NCBI RefSeq assembly: GCF_013177435.1
Contig: NZ_CP053627.1
Coordinates: 540,001-572,000 of the forward strand
Source: Xylella taiwanensis
Lineage (GTDB): Bacteria; Pseudomonadota; Gammaproteobacteria; Xanthomonadales; Xanthomonadaceae
Reading direction: 5' to 3'
Length of the DNA: 32,000 nt
In this document: one piece after another, positions 25,481-32,000 of the stretch
Layout of the letters: the number at the start of each line of letters is the position of its first letter
Numbering within the stretch: position 1 is the stretch's first letter
Translations under genes and position numbers: made by a program
The notes under the pieces: generated by a model
What the model was told of the DNA's origin: nothing
What the model saw: only the letters and a program-made list of their open reading frames with translations
The model's database searches: none

Positions 25481-27949
25481 ATGAAAGCCGATGACAGGCA
25501 CGTGTTGCGGCGATGGCGAGTTTACGTGTTAAGCGTCGCTCGGGGGGCAATGTTGTTGCGTTACTTCACGTTGCCGCCGTTGTTGCCGAGTGCCGTTGCG
25601 CTGCTGCTTGGTTGTCTCACTGCACTGACCTTGCCGCGATTACCGCCCGTATGGGTTCTGTGGATCTTCCTCTTTGTTGGAGTGATGCTCGCTGTTGCCC
25701 TGCGCCGTGCTAGTTGGAGTGGTGTGTTGTTGTTTGGTTTCGCTAGTTGTTGCTTGCATGGTCAGTCTGGTTTGCAGCATCAATTGCCACTTGCGTTTGA
25801 AGGGCGCGATCTTGTTTTGCGTGGTCGGATTGTTGATTTGCCGATTCCGGAGACTAGACGCACGCGCTTCTTGTTGCGGGTGGATACCGATCAGGATCAG
25901 GAACCTGCCTTGCGTGGTCGACTATTGCAGTTATCCTGGTATGACGAGGGTAAGACGGTGGTACCCGGACCACGCAGTGCGTTGCATGCTGGATCTGTAT
26001 GGCAACTGCATGTGCGTTTGCGTGCACCGCGCAGTCTGGTTAATCCCGGAGGTTTTGACAGTGAACGTTACGCTCTGGCCCAGAGGATTGTTGCCACCGG
26101 TTACGTACGTGTACCGGCTATGGCACGTGAGGTGGTAGCACCCACGGGTGTCGATGCTTGGCGGGAACGTATGTCTGCTCGTATTGCTGAGGCGGTGCTT
26201 TCGGAAGCATCGGTGTATCTACGTGCGTTGGCGTTGGGCGATACCCGGGGTTTGTCCCAACAGGACTGGGAGGTATTGCGCGGTACAGGGTTAACGCATT
26301 TGATTGCTATCTCGGGATTCCATGTCGGTATGGTCGCTGGTGCTTGTGCGTTGGTTGTGTCGTGGCTGTGGCGGATTTTGCCAAGTCTGGGGCGGTGTTG
26401 GCCGCGGCCACTCGCTATGGCATTGGTTACGGTGCCGGCCGCAGCTGGCTACACCGTCCTGGCCGGAGCCTCGCTACCGACAGTACGAACCGCACTGATG
26501 ATCGGCATCGTCGCACTGGCGCGCCTGACTCGGCGTCATGTCATGCCGATGCATGTTCTTGGGCTTGCCTTGTTCGTCATATTGATTGGGGATCCATTAG
26601 CCATTCTTAGTGCTGGCTTCTGGCTCAGTTTTGCCGGTGTTGCTTGGTTACTGTGGTGTATGCAAGACGGCAATATGGCACCTTGGCGTGGCTTCTTATT
26701 GGCACAAGGTGTTGCAACGCTTGGGTTACTGCCATTCACCGCGGGTTTATTTGGTCAGGTTTCGTTGGTTGGACCTTTCGCTAACTTGATTGCGATTCCG
26801 TTGTGGACCTTTGTAGTAGTACCGCTGGCCTTGTTAGGTACCGCGCTGGAGGCATTAGTGCCGGGGTGGGGCACTGCAATTTGGCATTTGGGTGGAACTT
26901 GTTTCGAGTGGAGTTGGCAGCTATTCGAACACTTGGCACAGACTTCTTTCGCATTGTGGTGGTTGCCTGAATCTGACGGTTTTGCATTGGGTTTGGCCTT
27001 ACTGGGAGCGTTTTGGTTGTTGTTACCACGCTGCACTCCTGGCAAATGGCTGGCACTCTTGCTGTGGTTGCCTTTATTGTGGCCGGATCGTGAGAGACCA
27101 CGTCCTGGGGAGTTTGAGATGCAGGTCCTGGACGTGGGGCAAGGACTGTCAATTGTGGTCCGTACTTCAGGTCATACGTTGTTGTACGATGCAGGTCCAG
27201 CAGTGAAGGAGGGCTTCGATGCGGGTGAGCGCGTTGTGGTACCGGTGTTACGTGCAAGTGACATCCGTCGCTTGGATGCGTTGGTAGCCAGTCATGCTGA
27301 TAGTGATCACGTCGGTGGTTTGGCCGCGGTTCTGACGGCTTACCCGGTAGGTGTCAGCTACGCTCCGCCGGGCGCGCCACTTAACGTTGATCGCCGTTGC
27401 AGTGCTGGGGACAGTTGGATGTGGGATGGAGTGCAGTTTCGTTTCTTGCATCCTGCATCGCACTCTACGTATTTGGGCAACGAATCCAGTTGTGTGCTGC
27501 GTATCGACACACGTTGGGGCAGTGCTTTATTGACGGGTGACATCGGCAAAGTGGTCGAGCGTGGTTTATTGGATCAGGGTCCCGAGAATTTACGTGCTGA
27601 TGTAGTGGTCGTACCGCATCATGGTAGCGCGGGTTCTTCCTCGGTTAGGTTTGTCCGTGCGGTTAATGCGCGTTTAGCTTTGGTGTCTAGCGGACATGGT
27701 AACCGTTTCGGCCATCCGCGTTGTTCGGTGGTGGAGCGCTGGCGTGAAACAGCAGAGGTGCTGCTCACTGCTCGCAGCGGTGCATTGCGGATTTGGATTG
27801 GGCAGCAGGGCCTGCAGTTACGCGAACGTCGTGTCTGGCGTCGTCGATTCTGGGATGCGGTCGAACGCCACCGATCCGCTGTTATCCTATCCGCTACTGA
27901 AGATGTATCCAAAGAGCGTCGGAGAAACGAGACATGCTGGAACTGGTAA
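25481..27949 (+). CDS. comEC: DNA internalization-related competence protein ComEC/Rec2
   Basis: Large polytopic protein with a competence domain ('GLTHLIAISGFHVG') and a C-terminal metallo-beta-lactamase domain ('LDVGQGLS', 'SHADSDHVGG', 'VVVPHHGS'). The start is uncertain (GTG 25394 in the track, ATG 25442, 25481 or 25550). The first TM helix begins near residue 55 of the track ORF. Confidence 0.9.
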   Translation: MKADDRHVLRRWRVYVLSVARGAMLLRYFTLPPLLPSAVALLLGCLTALTLPRLPPVWVLWIFLFVGVMLAVALRRASWSGVLLFGFASCCLHGQSGLQHQLPLAFEGRDLVLRGRIVDLPIPETRRTRFLLRVDTDQDQEPALRGRLLQLSWYDEGKTVVPGPRSALHAGSVWQLHVRLRAPRSLVNPGGFDSERYALAQRIVATGYVRVPAMAREVVAPTGVDAWRERMSARIAEAVLSEASVYLRALALGDTRGLSQQDWEVLRGTGLTHLIAISGFHVGMVAGACALVVSWLWRILPSLGRCWPRPLAMALVTVPAAAGYTVLAGASLPTVRTALMIGIVALARLTRRHVMPMHVLGLALFVILIGDPLAILSAGFWLSFAGVAWLLWCMQDGNMAPWRGFLLAQGVATLGLLPFTAGLFGQVSLVGPFANLIAIPLWTFVVVPLALLGTALEALVPGWGTAIWHLGGTCFEWSWQLFEHLAQTSFALWWLPESDGFALGLALLGAFWLLLPRCTPGKWLALLLWLPLLWPDRERPRPGEFEMQVLDVGQGLSIVVRTSGHTLLYDAGPAVKEGFDAGERVVVPVLRASDIRRLDALVASHADSDHVGGLAAVLTAYPVGVSYAPPGAPLNVDRRCSAGDSWMWDGVQFRFLHPASHSTYLGNESSCVLRIDTRWGSALLTGDIGKVVERGLLDQGPENLRADVVVVPHHGSAGSSSVRFVRAVNARLALVSSGHGNRFGHPRCSVVERWRETAEVLLTARSGALRIWIGQQGLQLRERRVWRRRFWDAVERHRSAVILSATEDVSKERRRNETCWNW

Positions 27950-28599
27950 AAGCTGGCGGCTGGCCGATGTTGCCGCTGTTGACATTGGGTGTTGTTGCAT
28001 TGGCGATTGTGCTTGAACGGCTGTGGACGCTCCGTCGTAATGAGGTGTTGCCGTCGGGATTAGGCCGTGAGGTCCGTGAATGGGCTGTGCGTGGCAAATT
28101 GGACCCAAGCCATCTTGAGTCTCTGCGCCGCAATTCTCCGCTTGGTGCGCTATTGGCGGCGGTTTTGGATGTGAAAGGTGGCGTACGTGAAATGACGCGT
28201 GAACGTATTGAGGACACAGGGCGCCATCTGGTGCATCGCATGGAGCGTTTTCTGAATGCGCTCGGTACGATTGCTTCTACAGGTCCGCTACTTGGCCTGC
28301 TTGGTACGGTGGTCGGCATGATTCAGATGTTCCTGGGCATCCTCAATTATGGCGTAGGTGATGTGAACCAGCTCGCCGGAGGTATTGGCAAGGCATTAGT
28401 CTGCACCGCCACAGGTATGATTATTGCCATCCCTTCCCTGATTTTTCATCGCTATTTCAAGGGCCGAATTACTGGCTACGTGATTGAGATGGAGCAAGAG
28501 GCGATGCTTCTCCTGGATACTATCGATGGCCGTCCAATTGCCATTCAAGGGAGAAACGCCACTGAAGTGGTGCACCCCCATGCTGGCACCAAGGATTGA
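27934..28599 (+). CDS. exbB: MotA/TolQ/ExbB family proton-channel protein
   Basis: 221 aa with 'GGWPMLPLLTLGVVALAIVLERLW' and 'GLLGTVVGMIQMF...LVCTATGMIIAIPSLIFHRYF'. GGAGAA lies 7 nt upstream of ATG 27934. Overlaps the comEC end by 16 nt. Confidence 0.9.
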   Translation: MLELVKAGGWPMLPLLTLGVVALAIVLERLWTLRRNEVLPSGLGREVREWAVRGKLDPSHLESLRRNSPLGALLAAVLDVKGGVREMTRERIEDTGRHLVHRMERFLNALGTIASTGPLLGLLGTVVGMIQMFLGILNYGVGDVNQLAGGIGKALVCTATGMIIAIPSLIFHRYFKGRITGYVIEMEQEAMLLLDTIDGRPIAIQGRNATEVVHPHAGTKD

Positions 28600-28603
28600 C
28601 TAG

Positions 28604-29041
28604 ATGCGTATCGGCAGCCACCGTCTCGAAGACGACCCACACATCGATTTGGTCCCGTTGATCGATGTGATTTTGGTCTTGATCATTTTTTTCGTGGTTA
28701 CTACAACGTTCGATGCCCGTTCCACGTTACAACTTCAGTTACCCACTGCCAGTGACCAGCATAAGTCGGTGCCATCGAAGGCGTTAAGCGTACTGGTCAA
28801 TGCGGATGGGCACTACTTCATCAATGATCATGAGGTATTGCGCACCGATGTCGAGTCGTTGAAGCGGACCATTGCTGACATTTCTGGTGATGACCGTGAA
28901 CAGACGGTGCTGCTACGTGCTGATGCGCGTACTCCGTATCAGGCTGTGGTGACTTTGCAGGATGCATTGGGCCAACTTGGTTTCCGGCACATCGCCATCG
29001 CCACTGCGCCAGATGTCACTAAAGGTGGAACGGCTCGGTGA
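28604..29041 (+). CDS. exbD: ExbD/TolR family protein
   Basis: 145 aa. 'IDLVPLIDVILVLIIFFVVTTTF' is the ExbD/TolR TM signature. Confidence 0.9.
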   Translation: MRIGSHRLEDDPHIDLVPLIDVILVLIIFFVVTTTFDARSTLQLQLPTASDQHKSVPSKALSVLVNADGHYFINDHEVLRTDVESLKRTIADISGDDREQTVLLRADARTPYQAVVTLQDALGQLGFRHIAIATAPDVTKGGTAR

Positions 29042-30807
29042 ACGTCTTAGCAGGGGCTATGCGCCACGCCTCGCCCTGGCGGACGTACCGTCGCTTGCTG
29101 TCGTATGCGCGGGAGTATCGCTGGTTACTTGTCATTGCCGCGTGTGGCGCGTTGCTCGAGGCGATCGCTGGCTCTACCTTCCTGGCGTTGATGAAGCCGA
29201 TCACCAACGAAACCTTTATCGAACGAAACCGTGAGGTGGCCCTGTGGCTGCCTCTGGTCGTTATCGGTTTGTTTGTGTTACGTGGTATTGCTGGCTATAT
29301 CACCGATATGTCGATGGGGCGGGCTGCGCGTAGCATCGCTCGCGATTTTCGCGTACTTGTCCTGACCAAATATCTCCGTTTGCCTGGTAGTCGTTTTGAT
29401 GCTGAGCCAGTGGCTTCGATGTTGGTACGGCTCGGTTCAGACAGCGAGCAAGTGGCACATGCCGCGGTCGACGCGATGAAGGTCATGGTGCAGCAGACTC
29501 TGCAGGTGATTGGTGCGTTGATGGTGATGTTGTGGTACAGCTGGACAGTAACGGTCGCAATCCTTTTGGTAGCTCCTCCGCTGGCTTGGGTCATGGACCG
29601 GGTTGCTAAGCGTTACCGTCGTATTAGCCACCATATCCAGGAAAGTAACGCGCAGCTCATGCAAGCTGCCGATCAAGCTTTAAGCAACTACCAGGACGTT
29701 AAAGTTTACGCTGCGCAAGAGAGCGAGCTGGCGCGCTATGCTCAGCTCGCCAATATTAATTTGAGTTTGGCGATGAAGGTTGAGTCGACTCGTAGTATCT
29801 CTTCTGCGGCGGTGCAGTTCCTTGGTGCGGTTGGGTTGGCAATGTTGCTGCTGATCGCTGGCCACGAAGCCTTTGCTGGTCGGCTCAGCGCAGGTGACTT
29901 TGTCTCGCTGATGACTTCAATGATGGTGGTTATCCCAGCATTGAAACAGTTGACTAACGTACAGAACATGTTGCAAAGCGGCGTCGCTTCTGCGCAACGT
30001 CTGTTTTCGGTGCTGGACAGCCCTGATGAACTTGATACTGGTATACGGTCGTTGGGGCGGGCTAAGGGTCTGATCGAGTTCCGTGAGATCGTCGCCCGCT
30101 ATCCTGATCGGGCTGCCCCAGTGCTGGAGGCTGTCAGTTTTGTTGCTGCACCGGGTACGGTTACTGCGATCGTTGGTCGTTCAGGTAGCGGCAAGTCAAG
30201 TTTGGTCAAGTTGATCCCGCGTTTTTATGAGCCGGAGTCTGGTCAGATACTGCTTGATGGCTATCCACTACAGGATTATTTTTTAGGTGATCTGCGCCGT
30301 CAGATTGCGTTGGTAGGGCAGCAGGTACTGTTGTTTGATGGCAGCATCGCCGAAAATATTGCTTATGGCGAGATGTCTCGGGTCATCTCTGAGGAGATTG
30401 AACGTGTAGTGGTTGCTGCCAATGCTCAGGATTTTGTCAATCAGCTTCCAGAGAGATTGCAGTTTCAGGTTGGGTCAAAGGGCGGGCGTCTTTCTGGGGG
30501 GCAACGCCAACGTTTGGCGATTGCGCGCGCCATGCTTAAGGATGCACCGATCCTCATCCTGGACGAGGCCACTGCTGCACTTGATAACGAATCCGAGCGC
30601 TTAGTGCAGGATGCGTTGCGGCGCTTGATGCCGGAGCGCACCACACTTGTGATTGCACACCGGCTTTCAACGATCGAGCATGCGGATCAGGTGCTGGTGA
30701 TGGACCAGGGGCGCATCATCGAGTGCGGTACCCATGTCGATCTGTTGGCACGCAACGGGCTGTACGCTTATTTGTACAGCCTGCAATTCCGCGAACGTCC
30801 AACATGA
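29038..30807 (+). CDS. msbA: Lipid A export ATP-binding/permease protein MsbA
   Basis: 589 aa with six N-terminal TM helices and an ABC domain ('GRSGSGKSS', '[16 protein letters not shown]', '[12 protein letters not shown]'). The GTG start forms a GTGA overlap with the exbD stop. lpxK follows. Confidence 0.92.
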   Translation: MNVLAGAMRHASPWRTYRRLLSYAREYRWLLVIAACGALLEAIAGSTFLALMKPITNETFIERNREVALWLPLVVIGLFVLRGIAGYITDMSMGRAARSIARDFRVLVLTKYLRLPGSRFDAEPVASMLVRLGSDSEQVAHAAVDAMKVMVQQTLQVIGALMVMLWYSWTVTVAILLVAPPLAWVMDRVAKRYRRISHHIQESNAQLMQAADQALSNYQDVKVYAAQESELARYAQLANINLSLAMKVESTRSISSAAVQFLGAVGLAMLLLIAGHEAFAGRLSAGDFVSLMTSMMVVIPALKQLTNVQNMLQSGVASAQRLFSVLDSPDELDTGIRSLGRAKGLIEFREIVARYPDRAAPVLEAVSFVAAPGTVTAIVGRSGSGKSSLVKLIPRFYEPESGQILLDGYPLQDYFLGDLRRQIALVGQQVLLFDGSIAENIAYGEMSRVISEEIERVVVAANAQDFVNQLPERLQFQVGSKGGRLSGGQRQRLAIARAMLKDAPILILDEATAALDNESERLVQDALRRLMPERTTLVIAHRLSTIEHADQVLVMDQGRIIECGTHVDLLARNGLYAYLYSLQFRERPT

Positions 30808-31823
30808 GTAGTAGACGTGCTCCCAGGATTCCGGAGTATTGGTATGGGCAGGTTCCGGTACCGCCATTGATGCGGTTCTTGGAGACCATCTATGCTGGTG
30901 TGACCAATTTGCGTCGTTTGGCCTATCGCCGTGGCTGGCGACGTCGGAGTGAAGTGCCGGTACCCGTAGTGGTGATCGGTAACTTGATTGCTGGTGGTAC
31001 CGGTAAAACCCCGTTGACGATCGAAATGGTTGCACGTTTGCGTGAAGCCGGCTGGATTCCGGGGATAGCCAGCCGCGGTTACGGTCGCTGTGATCCTAAG
31101 ATCCCACGTTGGATCCAGGCGGACACACCAACCGAATTGGCTGGCGATGAGCCGGTGATGATCGCTTGGAAGACTGGGATGCGAGTGCGGGTCGATGTTG
31201 ACCGGAGTGCAGCAGCGCATGCTTTGGTTGCGGAAGGCTGCAACATCGTAGTTTGCGACGATGGCTTGCAGCACTATCGGTTGAGGCGTGATATTGAGAT
31301 CGAGGTGATCGACGGTCAGCGTCGCTACGGCAACGGGCGTCTGCTGCCAGCTGGTCCGCTGCGTGAGCCGGTGGAGCGCGGTTGCATTTGCGATTTTCGT
31401 GTGCTCAATTTAGGCCAGGACAGTGATCGACCAGCCTCCGGGGCTGGTCCTCACGAGTGGCAGATGCGCTTGCACATTGACCATGTGCAGCCGTTGCAAG
31501 GGTTTCGACTGCGGTCGCTGGATGCCTTCTCCGGACAACGTGTGCATGCTGTGGCTGGCATCGCACATCCGGAACGTTTCTTTGAGATGCTGCGTCAGCG
31601 TGGTATTGGTGTGGTTCCGCATGCATTCCCGGATCATCACTTCTACCGGACAGAGGACTTTGCCTTCGGTAGCCGTCTCCCTGTGTTGATGACTGAGAAG
31701 GATGCGGTCAAATGCCGTGCCTTTGCTGACGATTGGTTCTTCAGTGTGCCATTGCGAGTCGAGTTGCCTGTCGCGTTCTGGATTGGGTTGTTTGACCGGC
31801 TTGACCAGCTTGTTTCCTGCTGA
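30804..31823 (+). CDS. lpxK: Tetraacyldisaccharide 4'-kinase
   Basis: '[19 protein letters not shown]' P-loop and 'VCDDGLQH'. ATG 30804 forms an ATGA overlap with the msbA stop. The track start 30723 lies inside msbA. Confidence 0.92.
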   Translation: MSSRRAPRIPEYWYGQVPVPPLMRFLETIYAGVTNLRRLAYRRGWRRRSEVPVPVVVIGNLIAGGTGKTPLTIEMVARLREAGWIPGIASRGYGRCDPKIPRWIQADTPTELAGDEPVMIAWKTGMRVRVDVDRSAAAHALVAEGCNIVVCDDGLQHYRLRRDIEIEVIDGQRRYGNGRLLPAGPLREPVERGCICDFRVLNLGQDSDRPASGAGPHEWQMRLHIDHVQPLQGFRLRSLDAFSGQRVHAVAGIAHPERFFEMLRQRGIGVVPHAFPDHHFYRTEDFAFGSRLPVLMTEKDAVKCRAFADDWFFSVPLRVELPVAFWIGLFDRLDQLVSC

Positions 31824-32000
31824 ATGCCCTACAAATGTCATGTCTATATCCGCGCCGTGATCGCGATTGTTCTTCAAAACATTGAGGTTCTCTGCATTGG
31901 GCATCGATCATGTGAAATGAACATGCATGTGTCCGATCGCATCGTGGCAGGTTGTCTGTTGTTGCGTCGTCTGATCTTGACCCATTTCACGCACACAGCC

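Noticed and set aside
26755-28319. Minus-strand ORFs 26755..27045, 26781..27257 and 27894..28319
   Set aside because: They are antisense to comEC and exbB, both of which have clear domain signatures.
30667-31904. Minus-strand ORFs 30667..31035, 30768..31274 and 31410..31904
   Set aside because: They are antisense to msbA/lpxK and have no motifs.
1-32000. CRISPR arrays, rRNA genes, tmRNA/RNase P/SRP-like RNAs
   Set aside because: I saw no regularly spaced direct repeats and no sequence resembling conserved cores of these RNAs. Visual scan only, so short or degenerate elements could be missed.

Overview
By gene content and order this window looks like a Xanthomonadaceae-type, Xylella-like chromosome segment. 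No search was possible, so that assignment is unverified. It has two parts.

(1) About 1-8.4 kb is decayed mobile DNA. It starts with an IS5-family insertion-sequence remnant (about 76-969), followed by a roughly 1.6-kb stretch with no convincing ORF. Next comes a compact module: an XRE/cI-like repressor (minus strand) divergent from a small Cro/Ner-like gene. Eight plus-strand ORFs follow, several with Shine-Dalgarno (SD) sites and most joined by overlapping or near-abutting stop/start codons; one is a zinc-ribbon + Toprim primase-like protein. The module ends in a fragment that looks like the C-terminus of a P4-type tyrosine integrase, next to tRNA-Leu(CAA). I see no capsid, tail, terminase or lysis genes. 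I read this as a decayed P4-like satellite or genomic-island remnant. It is the most interesting region of the window, and several of its small ORFs have no recognisable function.

(2) About 8.4-32 kb is housekeeping DNA:
- tRNA-Ala(GGC), tRNA-Glu(UUC) and tRNA-Leu(CAA)
- the Entner-Doudoroff cluster zwf-glk-pgl-edd-eda
- a MalK/UgpC-like ABC ATPase with no adjacent permease gene
- ygfZ
- a succinate dehydrogenase locus flanked by both assembly-factor homologues (DUF1674/SDHAF4-like, sdhCDAB, sdhE, ygfX-like)
- a single lolC/E-type permease plus lolD
- a translationally coupled comEC-exbB-exbD-msbA-lpxK string

I found no rRNA and no CRISPR array, and I cannot point to a clearly novel multi-gene system. 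All product calls come from motif recognition in the supplied translations and from my own reading of the DNA. Several starts differ from the ORF track where an SD site or an ATGA/GTGA overlap supports a different start.
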